A stretch of DNA of 64,000 bases from Octopus vulgaris (lineage: Eukaryota), in assembly GCA_951406725.2 (NCBI GenBank), contig OX597817.1:89156001-89220000 (forward strand), given 5' to 3'. The translations under genes and the position numbers were made by a program. The notes below the pieces were generated by a model. The model was not told the DNA's origin, ran no database searches, and saw only the letters and a list, made by a program, of their open reading frames with translations. Below are positions 1 to 11,700 of the stretch, one piece after another (the stretch's first letter is position 1; every line of letters begins with the position of its first letter).

Positions 1-161
1 TATTTTTGACGGTGGAGCTAGAAGTAGATAAAGCGATAAATAAATAAGCAAATAAGTGTGTAAAATTTTAGGATAAAGATCCTTTTGAATGGAAAAATAG
101 AAAGCTGCCCGAAGCCCATGTCAACGTAAATATTAATGTGTATATACATGCATGTATATGC

Positions 162-197
<36 letters not shown>

Positions 198-198
<1 letters not shown>

Positions 199-330
199 AT
201 GACGGCTTCTTTCAGCTTCCGTCGACCAAATCCACTCACAAGGCTTTGGCCGGCCCAAGGTGCCACACAGTAGGACTGAATATGCAACCATGTGGTTGGT
301 AAGCAAGTTACTTAACACACAGCCATGCCT
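198..330 (-). mobile_element. tRNA-derived SINE, 5' part (same family as 19725-20122)
   Basis: Reverse complement matches the head of the SINE at 19725 (tggctgtgtg...accaaccacatggtt...ttgtgagtggatttggt), with an internal deletion. Confidence 0.8.
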
Positions 331-452
331 TACACACACATATATGTTTATTTATAAATATGCTTTTATGCATGCATATATACACAAACACACACACACA
401 TGTATGCATGTGTGTGTATATATATATATATATCTGTAAATGTCGATGGCCC

Positions 453-512
453 GATAACTGAAGAGATGCCGCTTGGGTTTCCGCCCCGACATCCGAAACT
501 GCGAGTTTTATC
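453..512 (+). ncRNA. Type I hammerhead ribozyme-like motif
   Basis: Stem I GATAA(453-457)/TTATC(508-512); core CTGAAGA (458-464); stem II GATG..CATC; GAAA (495-498); stem III AC-tgcga-GT; cleavage triplet GTT. Confidence 0.65.
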
Positions 513-703
513 ATGGCTACCGAATAATTGTCACATATATTTACAGATAAATTCCACTATTTACATAATATCGAGGTCTCTTTGATTTTTTTGTTGTCTT
601 GCCATATCTATCAATTCATATATTATATATGTATATATTTATTCATAAATATGCTTTTATGCGTGCATATATACGCAAACACACACACATGCATGTGTGT
701 ATG

Positions 704-757
<54 letters not shown>

Positions 758-830
758 AATAATATATGTATGCATATATACATACGTATGCATATATACA
801 TACTTATATGTATATACTAACATCTATATG

Positions 831-880
<50 letters not shown>

Positions 881-1288
881 TATGTGGGAAAACCAGGAAA
901 TGATCGGAGATGTGACGGGAAGAGATGCATGCGTGTGTCGAGGGGGGGATTTTCATGGGTTAGGGAAGGGGGCACTGTATGAATGAGATAGGACAACAAT
1001 GTGGTACCATTGTGTAGTATAGAAAGACGAAACTTAGGTTTGGGGAAGCGACAAGTTTTGGATTTAAAGACGGAGAATTGACAAGGCGTGTATGTGTGTA
1101 TACGTGTGATAGAGGTGGTGGTAGTAATGATGAATGAGACAGTGTGGTATGCGTGGTTTAGTGGATGTGAAATATGTCCCGGTGATGGCGCTGCTGACGC
1201 AGGTGGTGCAGTAGAGGAATAAATATGAATGGGAGTTAGAGGAAAGAAGTAAGGTATGATATATACATATGTGTGGGGATTCACATAG

Positions 1289-1334
<46 letters not shown>

Positions 1335-1744
1335 CTTTTTCTTGTTTACATATTTTGCTACTTTTTCCCTCGTTCGTCTACGTATTTCATGTTGTTTGCA
1401 CTGTATATATATATACATATGCACACATACATATTTATAAATATATATATATATATGTATATCTGTGTGTGTGTGTGTATGTGTGTGTGTATATTATTCA
1501 TTATGTATTATTTAATTGAATGCGACGCAGATCTAGCCCTTCTGATTCGCAAAATGAGCCCCCTTTAATTTTGCACAGATTGCTTTCAGTTTTGGTGTAT
1601 CAATGCAACTCTGAATTTTGATTACTTAAATTAAAGAATCTGGTGTTATTTGGAATTAAAGTTGAAAAATTTATATATATATATATATATAAATTTGAAA
1701 AATTTATATATATAATTAAAATCTTAGAGTAGCAAGAATATTTA

Positions 1745-2000
1745 TCGAAGAAATTCTTAGTTACCAGTGGTCTAGTGAGAAGGAAAAAATTAGTCAATAG
1801 ACTATATATTATTCAGAGAAGAATACAGTGTACATTCAAACAAAAACAGATACCCAAAAATAGGATATCTGACTCACTAGAAAGAGCAGTTAAACTCCAA
1901 GGTAAAAGTTTTTATTTTTCAATCACTTTCGAAATTACAACAATTAGTGAGTTGGAGTTTAACTGCTCTTTCTAGTGAGTCAGATATCCTATTATTTGGG
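1745..2000. repeat. Penelope pLTR-like segment with a ~48-bp near-perfect inverted repeat
   Basis: 1852-1900 is the reverse complement of 1951-2000. 1760-1845 resembles 49560-49635, and 1900-1925 resembles 9318-9341 and 49690-49712. It lies directly upstream of the Penelope RT fragment. Confidence 0.6.
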
Positions 2001-2027
2001 TATATATATATATATATTCATATATAT

Positions 2028-3741
2028 GCAATGGGTTCTATGGATTCGGTAAGTTAAAGTTGTTGATTTGGGGAACAAACCATATATTTTTCTCTACAAT
2101 AGAGAAATTCGAAATAGTATATGTTTATATAGAAGGATGATGCACTTTTTACAATTGTAAACACATCTAGTAAAATGTTGGAAAAATACAGAATGGAATT
2201 GTTTAGGTTCTTTAAAAAGGTAGGCCTATCTATAACGGTAGATGTTGAACATGATTTTGTTAACTTCTTAAATGTTACGTTGGAGATTAAACATGGAATT
2301 TACAAACACTTTCATAAACCCAATGAAAACATAAAATATATAAATATTGGAAGTAATCATCTAAATCAGTAACAAACTCACTTATAAAGACCATTTCGTC
2401 TAGAATAACAAATTGTTGATAACCGGGTTAAAATTTCTCGTAGTGCTAATGGAAATGAGGATGTAGTATTTTCTAATAAAATCTCAAATTCTTTCAATAT
2501 AAAATCTGTTAAAATATTCAAAGATAAAAATAAAAGTAAAATAAACGCTAAAAAAAGAATGGATTGAAATCAGAGAATACTTACTCTTTCGAAAAACGGG
2601 TATAAACATCAAAATTATGATCTTAACTCGAAGAATACTTTATGGTCAATCGTTCCAGTTGGTAAACAGATCAATTACAATTTTTCCAAATTGTTTAAAA
2701 TAGCAATCCAAAAGTATTTTCCAAGAAACCACAGATGTTAGAAAATTTTTAGTGGGCATAAGGTTAGATTGGGTTGTCTTAGTCGTAATATTGCGCAAAT
2801 TATAGTAACACCCAATAGTAAAATAATATCGAAATTTCAAAAAAAGCAATTACAATCAGAATAGTGTAATAAATTCGAAACATAATAACTGATTTTTTAG
2901 ATTTACTATAAAGGTAATGACAAAGACAGGACATTCAAAGGTGTCGGGGGAACGAATGAGATGACAAGATTAAACATTTATGATGATATATAAAATTGAA
3001 TGATGATGATGATGATGAAGTGAGGGACGGGCACGACCCCACCAACCACGTTCCTCCACTGATCCCTTTAAGAGAATTTTGTTCTCCCTTAAGCAGGTAC
3101 ATCCACTCTCAACATGCTAGCCGCTTTCTTCCATCATTTCTTATAAGTACTAAGTGGCAAGCGTCTCCTCTCCAGCATTATTTTCCTTTTAAGATGGAAA
3201 ATAAAAAATTTCGTAGCATAATAACATCAAACGGAATAAAGAAACTCAAAAAGAAGAGAATGTGGAAAGGGAAAGAACCTAATTTAACATAGATAATGAC
3301 GTCAATTCGAATAAAAGTTTAGCTAGAATAGAACAAAGATAACGTTATCTAAAGGAGTAAATAGTAATACCGAACTTGGTGAAAATGAATTTAATTCTGC
3401 AATCAATGATCAAATTGAAAGCAAATCTGACGGAAATATAAAATGATATCTTTGCAATTGTTCTAAACGTGAAAAATAAGTGTAAAACTAAAAATGTAAT
3501 ATATAGATGTATAGTTACATCTGAAGGTAGGGAATTCCTTTACATCGGTGGGGCATCATTAATTTTCAAGAGGAGACCGGCAAATCATTTGAGTTCATTT
3601 AGAGACAAAAATAAAAGGTTCCTAACCAGTCTTAGTAAATTAATCTGGTCTTTCAAGGACAGTAACAAGGACTATACGATTAAATGGGAGTTAATTTGTA
3701 CTACAAAACCATACAGATCTGGAACCAATAGATGTGACCTA
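2028..3741 (+). pseudogene. Penelope-like retroelement (YRDD, Naiad-like) RT C-terminus plus GIY-YIG endonuclease, disrupted
   Basis: AMGS..DS..VVDLG; frameshifted YR/DD at ~2127-2142; VNFLNVTL..YKHFHKPN..YINIGSNH; KYFPRNH; CNC..C..KNVIYRC..LYIG..FKRR..NH..IKW..CDL. Many stops and frameshifts. Confidence 0.85.
2890..3216 (-). mobile_element. 5'-truncated Tx1/L1-clade LINE 3' end inserted in the Penelope
   Basis: The minus strand reads FHLKRKIMLERRRLPLSTYKK*WKKAASMLRVD, similar to the ORF2 end at 62760-62860. It is flanked by the direct repeat cataataac (2881-2889 and 3217-3225) and is absent from the paralogous segment at ~4710-4720. Confidence 0.65.
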
Positions 3742-4122
3742 TACTCTTTATTCTTTTACTTCTTTCAGTCATTTGACTGCGGCCATGCTGGAGTACCGCC
3801 TTTAATCGAGCAATTCGACCCCGGGACTTATTCTTTTGTAAGCCCAGTACTTATTCTATCGGTCTCTTTTGCCGAACCGCTAAGTAACGGGGACATAAAC
3901 ACACCAGCGTCGGTTGTCAAGCAATGCTAGAGGGACAAACGCAGACACACAAACACACACACGCATATATATATATATATACGACGGGTTTCTTTCAGTT
4001 TCCGTCTACCAAATCCACTCACAAGGCTTTGGTCGGCCCAAGGCTATAGTAGAAGACACTTGCCCATGGTGCCACGCAGTGGAACTGAACTCGGAACCAT
4101 GTGGTTGGTAAACAAGCTACTT
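3742..4122 (-). mobile_element. tRNA-derived SINE (duplicated copy, lacks the extreme 5' head)
   Basis: Reverse complement of the 19725-20122 family; interrupts the Penelope endonuclease at CDL. Confidence 0.9.
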
Positions 4123-4391
4123 TATTTCATTAAATTTGCCACTAGGGCAGTACACAGATGAGTAGCTGCGGGCTGGACAAAAAACACATTAATGCGGTGA
4201 GGATGATAATGATGAACGAAAATGGGAGGGGCACTGGCGCCCGCCGACCAATAACCCCTCGAATACAAAGTTTCTTTATACTAAAAATTCTTTACAAAAA
4301 ATTTCACAACAAAAATTCCTACAGCAAAAAATTTTCTTATAATTCTCTTTGTCAGGTCCCCAAAATTAATTGACCTGCCGCCTGCAGACAA
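4123..4391 (-). mobile_element. Duplicated 3' end of the ORF1-only Tx1-like element
   Basis: Near-identical to 5740-6011. Confidence 0.85.
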
Positions 4392-5341
4392 TCAGAGAAT
4401 ACTTACTCCTTTGAAAAACAAAACAGGTATAAACATCAAAATTATGATCTTAACTTGAAAGAATACTTTATGGTTAATTGTTCCATTTGGTAAACAGGTC
4501 AATTACAATTTTTCCAAATTGTTTAATATAGCAATTCAAAGATATTTTCCAAGAAACCACAAATATTACAAAATTTTTAATCGACATAAGATTAGATTGG
4601 GTTATTGCCTTAGCTGTAATATTGCACAAATTATAGCAGCACATAATGTTAAAATAATATCGAAATTTCAAAAAAGCGATTGCAATCAGAATTGTGTAAT
4701 AAATTCAAAGCATAATAACATTAAATGGAATCAAGAAACTCAAATAGTAGGGAATGCTAAGAATGTAAATGTCGTGGAAAAGGAAGCAATGCAATTTAGC
4801 ATAAATAATGTCAAATCAAATAAAAATTCAGCTAGGTTAACCTAGGGTGAGAGTGCAGATACTTGCCCAAGGTGCAACAAAGTGCAACTGAAACTGAAAC
4901 CATGTCGTTGGAAAGTAAACTTCTTTAGATAACAAAGATAACGTTATCTAAAGGAGTAAATAGTAATACCGAACTTGGTGAAAATGAATTTAATTCTGCA
5001 ATCAATGATCAAATTGAAAGCAAATCTGACGGAAATATAAAATGATATCTTTGCAATTGTTCTAAACGTGAAAAATAAGTGTAAAACTAAAAATGTAATA
5101 TATAGATGTATAGTTACATCTGAAGGTAGGGAATTCCTTTACATCGGTGGGGCATCATTAATTTTCAAGAGGAGACCGGCAAATCATTTGAGTTCATTTA
5201 GAGACAAAAATAAAAGGTTCCTAACCAGTCTTAGTAAATTAATCTGGTCTTTCAAGGACAGTAACAAGGACTATACGATTAAATGGGAGTTAATTTGTAC
5301 TACAAAACCATACAGATCTGGAACCAATAGATGTGACCTAT
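4390..5341 (+). pseudogene. Second Penelope-like fragment (linker plus GIY-YIG)
   Basis: ORF 4519-4845 (RYFPRNHKYYKIFNRHKIRLGYCLSCNIAQII) and ORF from 5068 (NVIYRC..LYIG..RCDL). Short SINE-head remnant at ~4845-4925. Confidence 0.85.
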
Positions 5342-5560
5342 ACTCTTTACTCTTTTACTTCTTTCAGTCATATGACTGCGGCCATGCTGGAGTACCGCCT
5401 TTAATCGAGCAATTCGACCCCGGGACTTATTCTTTTGTAAGCCCAGTACTTATTCTATCGGTCTCTTTTGCCGAACCGCTAAGTAACGGGGACATAAACA
5501 CACCAGCATCGGTTGTCAAGCAATGCTAGAGGGACAGACGCAGACACACAAACACACACA

Positions 5561-5599
<39 letters not shown>

Positions 5600-5739
5600 G
5601 ACGGGTTTCTTTCAGTTTCCGTCTACCAAATCCACTCACAAGGCTTTGGTCGGCCCAAGGCTATAGTAGAAGACACTTGCCCAAGGTGCCACGCAGTGGG
5701 ACTGAACCCGGAACCATGTGGTTGGTAGACAAGCTACTT
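5342..5739 (-). mobile_element. tRNA-derived SINE body, split from its head (7927-7967) by the Tx1-like insertion
   Basis: Joining 5342-5739 to 7943-7967 restores the full SINE seen at 19725-20122 and 35253-35671. Confidence 0.9.
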
Positions 5740-7926
5740 TATTTCATTAAATTTGCCACTAGGGCAGTACACAGATGAGTAGCTGCGGGCTGGACAAAAA
5801 ACACATTAATGCGGTGAGGATGATAATGATGAACAAAAAATGGGAGGGGCACTGGCACCCGCCGACCAATAGCCCCTCAAATACAAAGTTTCTTTATACT
5901 AAAAATTCTTTACAAAAATTTTCAACAACAAAAATTCCTACAGCAAAAAATTTTCTTATAATTCTCTTTGTCAGGTCCCCAGAATTAATTGACCTGCCGC
6001 CTGCAGACAACTCCGCAATGACAGGTCAGGACCTGAAAACAGAAAAGCGAATTCTTTCTTGTCAAAGGTCAATGCGACCTTTGACAAAGTTTTTTCCGTA
6101 ACCGCCTCCGCAGCCACCTGCGGAGGCCAATTCGGACAGCTTGAGCAGAACGAGTACATTCGTCCTAGTTCGCCCAAGCTGTCCAGAAATTTATTAACCT
6201 TCCCTCCCTCGCGATAAAGGAGGACAACCGTCTCCTCTTTACGGGAAGGTACTTCATGCTGCTCCGTCAGTGGCACACTTCCCACTGACGGAGCCCTCTC
6301 CGCAGGTGGCACACATCCCACCTGCGACTCCGTCTGCGACCCATGAACATCAGCCGCCCGACCTCTATTTCTCTTTCTCCTCCTTTTTTGGGGGGAGACT
6401 GCTGGCTCAGGGGGCTCCGTCAGCAGACATGGGGGGTCGCTATCCCCCTCCGCCACCGGAGCATTCTTTGCTCACCTGTCTTTTTCTTTTCGTGGGGGCA
6501 ACTTCCTCCACGACTTCCACCGTCTCCCCCTCCAATGAGGGGGTGGCGGGCACCTTTTCCCTTTCATGCTCCGGGTCACCACCACGGCCCCCGGGACAGT
6601 TCCTCTTGATATGTCCAGGCTCCAGGTACAGGTGACACTTGGGGGGTGGGGCGTCCCTCGAGTATCACCGGGTACCTGTGCCCGGCCATTCTCAGGAAGT
6701 CTGGGAATATCATCTCTCCCACGGCCACCGGGGTCCACAGGGTCAAAGTTGCTTTTGACCCCTCCCAGGCGACCGCGGGAGTCATTTTTACACTCAGTAG
6801 CCTGGGCCCGCTATCCCCCAGGCCTCGCCGGATGGTCTCCTCGATCCATCCCGCTTCCGTGCCCGGGGGCAGCCCGCAAACCCAGGCTCTTTTTATTTTC
6901 CTGCCACAATACGAGGGGAGGAACAAAATCTCCTCTCCCTCAAGGGGCTCGCTAGCAAATCTGCTAGCTTCCTCGGGGGTACCAAACAGCAACCACACCG
7001 TTGCAAATTTAGTCCCCCGAGAAATAAACTTTATAGTTGGCAGGTGGTCTGCCAACTCTTTTTCTATTGTGCTCTTGTCGAATAGGTTCGTATTACCACC
7101 GTCCTCTTCTCAAGATCTTTAATCCACTGCTTGGGTGGGACAACCTCCCACTCCAAAGCAGTGGCTTCATTTTTCTTTGCCATGTAACAGAAAGTTCAAA
7201 GTTCAAATAAAGTTCGATAGATTTTTGAAAAAATAAGGAAGATACAAAAAGGAGAAGCACAACAGAAGGGAAGAAATGAACAGAAAATCACAATAAACAA
7301 AAAAACAAACAAAAAGAGAAGTTAAATAAAGTTCAAAATAAAGTCAATAACACAGCAAAAAACACAGCAAAAATCTTCTGGCCATCCGGTACTCCCGGCC
7401 TAAGTTGAACCCAGGAACACCGCGACTGGAACAGCTTTCACCAAATTGTTATAAAATTGGTATAAAATACAATTCTCACAATACAATTCTCACAACTAGG
7501 TGAGAAAAACATTCACTCAAAAACGCAGGCGAATACGCCCCTCAAAAATTCTCACTCCTGGCCGTCCAATGGTAAAATAAATCTTATCGCAGCACAATTA
7601 GTCCCTTCTACCTTGGTACTCCGTGGTAAATCCAGTGGGAAAACACAAAGACAATTCATTTTTGCGGAGGGACTACGCCTCTTCAAAAACACAATTCTCA
7701 CTACAAAGTGAGTCTTTACGCTCGACCACAGGCAGGAAAATGTCTGGAGCAGAGTGGAGTCTATTACTCACCAAAAAATATTAAATACAGGGCAACAAAC
7801 TCCACTAAGCCCTCAAAAAAATACAACAAACGCCTACCTGTAGTCGTGCTTCCAAAATGTTCAATTTTCACGTCGCAAGGCGTGACTTTCAAGCTGCATG
7901 AAAAATGCAAACTCTTCTGTCAGTGA
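5740..7926 (-). mobile_element. Full-length ORF1-only (HAL1-like) Tx1/L1-clade non-LTR element
   Basis: 16-bp TSD ggta(g/a)acaagctactt at 5724-5739 and 7927-7942; minus-strand 3' end terminates in AATAAA; ~740-nt 5' UTR; gag-like ORF1; no RT or endonuclease. Confidence 0.75.
5971..7183 (-). pseudogene. Gag-like ORF1 (RRM-like region plus CCHC knuckle), frameshifted
   Basis: ATG at 7183 (MAKKNEATALEWEV..); ORF 6576-7055 (..WVCGLPPG..YPVILEGRP); knuckle KCHLYLEPGHIKRNCP at ~6593-6640 with the second C changed to Y; basic, low-complexity C-terminus in ORF 5971-6456. Confidence 0.7.
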
Positions 7927-7965
7927 GGTAAACAAGCTACTTACCACACAGCCACTCCTGCGCCT

Positions 7966-8075
7966 ATGTTTAGAAGAATTTTACAGGATTTTCACATCCA
8001 AGGGTAATGTAATAAATTCTAGACAAGAGTAAGCATTGAGATGCTTGCACATGAGGAGAGAATGTCCCGTTTTAT
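7966..8075 (+). pseudogene. C-terminus of the Penelope GIY-YIG domain
   Basis: Resumes as CLEEFYRIFTSKGNVINSRQE*..RCLH, completing CDL|CLEE across the nested insertion. Confidence 0.75.
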
Positions 8076-8864
8076 AATAGGGTTGCAATTGCTACGATGG
8101 CTAATCAGTGCAATGGAAACATCTGTTGGTCTTAAAAGGCAGTATATAATTATAGAATTAAAGATAATGCTATTGCTGCTTCGGAGTAATGCCCCTTTTA
8201 TTATTGTCAATATATGTTTGTGTGTGTGTTTTTGTGTGTATACACACACACACACGCGCGCGCGCGCGCATATATGCTTATACATACTTGCACAGGCACA
8301 CATCCATACCCATCCATTTACACTTCCTTCAGACTGCCTCTCAGACACCCTTCAAACTTCCTCGACTTACTACTGACCGTCTCATCTACGCGAAAGTGCA
8401 AACACGCACACACACACAGACACACACACACACACAGACACATCATCCCTACACACATTTGTAACTATAGCTGCTGGTATCTCACTACGGCATTAACGCA
8501 CACATACACAGACTACTTACAGAACACAAACACATGCACGCAGTTAATGCCACACACACACACACACTTATGTCACGCATACACACAGCTACCACCACAC
8601 GCACACACGCTACCACGTACACATACAGTTACTGTTACACACACTCACGATATTATACGCAAACACGCTATCGCACACACACACACACGCTCACCATACA
8701 CACACTTGTACACAGATACCAACAATTCCTCACATTCTCTTATCTCAGAAAGCACTTTCTCTTTGTCCATCTACTTCCGGTCAATTCAAAAATGTAACTA
8801 CACGTGGACTGTTGGCGATTTTCCCCCTCTTCTACCTTTTCCTTTGGACTTTCCTATGTTTCCT

Positions 8865-8899
8865 GTTTCCGAAGAAGAGCTATGCTCGAAACGTAAAAC
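8865..8899 (+). ncRNA. Minimal hammerhead-like motif (variant core) in a Penelope-type tail
   Basis: gttt-CCGAAGA-a-GAGC tat GCTC-GAAAC-GTA-aaac; paralogue at 14654-14691. Confidence 0.45.
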
Positions 8900-9025
8900 A
8901 ACCACTCTCTTCCTTCTCTGAGTGTCTTATTAATACTTTGTATGTGCTACGTCCTCATGTTGTTGTTTTTTCTTGACTTGTTTTCCCCGTTTTTTGATTA
9001 ATTAATTAATTCATTCATTCATTCC

Positions 9026-9100
<75 letters not shown>

Positions 9101-9124
9101 TATATCTAAGGGAAAATATATATG

Positions 9125-9390
9125 GTAGGAAAATTATAGAAATTTTTCTACCAGTGGCCTAGCATGCTGCCGACAAAAACTGCGCTTGATGAGACATGTG
9201 CTGTTTGGCCTCATAATTATATGTTAATCTTTGGCGTACTCGCTGATGAGAATTTCGCCTAGCAAATTATTATTTTTGCTAACTAAAGTTCGAAACCATG
9301 GTCCGGTAATAAAATATGGTAAATGTTTTTATTTTTCATTCCCTTCGAAATGACCCCTAACCGTGGTTTGGATTTTGACTGCTCCTTCTA
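9125..9390 (+). repeat. Penelope pLTR-like solo repeat containing a hammerhead (9237-9308)
   Basis: CTGATGA 9243-9249; long stem II (GAATTT/AAGTTC and TAGCAAA/TTTGCTA); GAAA 9292-9295; palindromic ACCATGGT; GTC cleavage site. Homologous to 49190-49905; (TA)n on both sides. Confidence 0.7.
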
Positions 9391-9440
9391 GCATGTTAGG
9401 TGACCTGTTAGGGCCACCTCTTCAGTGTTTAAAAGCATAC

Positions 9441-9528
<88 letters not shown>

Positions 9529-9684
9529 CATATATGTTCGACTATTTTCAATAATATCTATATATCTCTTTCTCTTTCTATATATAGATATGTTCTGAAG
9601 TGGTTGGGAGCGGAAGCAGAAGGAGAATTGTGAGGAGGGGAGGAAGAAGCTGAAGAAGAAGGAGGCGGAGGAGGAAGAGAAGAA

Positions 9685-9717
<33 letters not shown>

Positions 9718-10169
9718 AATGACGTCAGAGATTGTTGCTATTATTTTGCTCGAGGTCAGCACTCGTCATGCAGGCCTATGATCAAAAACATTTCAGCCAC
9801 GACACTAACGTTTTACCTATGTGCTGGATATAAAACATAATATTATTCAGTGTCTGTCTTAAGACGGTAGGATGTAATTTGAGATTTGTTTGGCTGCTAT
9901 TTCTAGAAAATTGAGTGACCATGTAGAGCAGCGGTTCTCGACTATTCTTTTGCCTATGGACCCCTTTGATTCCTATTTTATTCGACTGGACTTCCATATG
10001 TATTCGATGTTTATAAATAAAAATCTTACGTATGTTTTGAATAAAATATTAATTAAATATTAAGAATTGTAAAAAAAGGAAATTAACATATTTTGTATAT
10101 GATAGAAGTGTAAGCAATTTATTGAACATAAAGTTTAACAGAATCTTATATGGATACACAAAGTTATGT

Positions 10170-10365
10170 GGGGGTACGTGACTTCGCGGTTAGGGTGTTA
10201 GACTGGTGATCGTAAGTTTGTGGTTTCGATTCCTGGACTAGGCTGCTCCAGTTCGCTCAGCTGGCAAAAAGGACTAATCATGCGACGGACCGACGTCCCG
10301 TCCAGATGGGGAATATATACGCCATGAAACCAGGAAACTGGCCCTTATGTATGACTCGAGAAGAT
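10170..10365 (+). mobile_element. tRNA-headed SINE of a second family (MetaSINE-like central domain)
   Basis: Degenerate A/B boxes (..gcggttagg..gtttcgattcc), then gcgacggaccgacgtcccgtccag and gaaaccagg. Relatives on the minus strand at ~48310-48405 and 54790-55030. Confidence 0.55.
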
Positions 10366-10609
10366 AAATTTACGTCCACTTTTTTTTTTACCACAAGGGC
10401 CTGGTTGGGAACCACTGATGTAGAAGCTTCCTCGTTGGTTCATGTTGATAGTGCTGAGCTTGTATGTAGTTGCCGTCTCTGTAGAAATATTTTGTCCCTC
10501 TTTTATATACATAGGAGATGTAAGTAGTGACTCGCATAGAATGAATATCGGAAGAGCATTATATCACTGCTACTGCTTCAGGTTTACATGGATGGTATTG
10601 TAGAAACAG

Positions 10610-10865
10610 TGAAGGCTTTGTGGTTAGGGTGTTGCAATCACGATGGCGAGATCGTAGTTTCAGTTCCTGAACCGGGGGAGGGGGTTCTTGGGCATAACAC
10701 TCCATCTCACGTTGCTCTGCGATTACTTCGACACCTGACGAATAGTGCGCTGTGCACCTGTTCAGGCAACGTCGATTTGATGGACCTAGTGTACGGTAGG
10801 TATATTTGATCATTATGAACAAATCACTTGTGCATGTTGTTCAGCAAGAAATTGCACAACCGTCT
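10610..10865 (+). mobile_element. tRNA-headed SINE, degenerate
   Basis: ggctttgtggttagg...gtttcagttcc head, followed by ttgggcataacact...cacgttgctc. Confidence 0.45.
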
Positions 10866-10879
10866 TTCTCGGACTCTGA

Positions 10880-11700
10880 AAGTTTATTATCATTGTGGAA
10901 ACAAAGCCAAAGCGAAAAATTTAATCCAGTTAGAAGAACGACACCAGAAATGTCGATTCCCAGACAAAACCGAGAAAAGTTCATAATTACGGGGGCAGTA
11001 CAAGGAATTCCGTTTCGAAATTAGAAATGAGCAAATATCAACATTTAGGGAGTAAATCATTAAGAACTTTTGCTGTATCTACTGAGTACCTCTTCAGTGA
11101 CGGTGTTGAGAGTGATATTATGTGGAGATTGAGACTAACTACCGTTGACAGTTGTGGTTTGACAGGGAAGTATAAATCGATGAAATGTCATTAGCAAGAG
11201 TGGAAAGAAAGGAAAAAATATGCAAGCAAGTTGCTACAAAAGAGAGTTGGTCTCCCAATTTGCTTCAAGAGAACAGGTTTCTATGGTTATTGTAAAATTG
11301 CAGTTTCTTTTAACATCACTGGTTGAGGAATTTATCCTAGCAATAGCCTGCAGCCACGTGAAGCAACGAAATTCTGTAGACACCATTGTTTGTGCAAGCC
11401 AGTCAATAGTGTTCGCTGAAAAGAAATTAAGTGTAAGTAAAAACTGATAAAGGTGCTGGAGTTTTTAACCTGAAAATGGAAGAGGTGATAAGAAAGACGT
11501 GGAAAAGATAGATCGGACTGGACCGATGCCAAAGTAGTAAGGTCAGGCGAGATATCGTAGCTAGACGTTTGCTAAATTAAAGAAGAGTGTACGAACCAAT
11601 AATAAGGCTTAGAAGTAAATGACCTCATTCTGACAGTATGCAAATCATTGTTGAATATTCGCGGAGACATAAACCGATTTTGAGTATTCCCAACAGTGCA
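10880..11700 (-). pseudogene. Highly decayed LINE ORF2 (CR1/L2/Jockey-like, endonuclease-to-RT region)
   Basis: Scattered minus-strand remnants in the expected order (..SD.., ..GIP.., SGVV(P)SNW); no continuous frame. Confidence 0.3.

Noticed and set aside
3469-3930. 153-aa ORF (and its twin at 5068-5529) as a novel gene
   Set aside because: It is a Penelope GIY-YIG fragment reading through into an antisense SINE.
2028-5341. Selenocysteine recoding, as reported for some Naiad Penelope elements
   Set aside because: The copies are too decayed; no in-frame TGA at a conserved Cys position and no SECIS could be identified.
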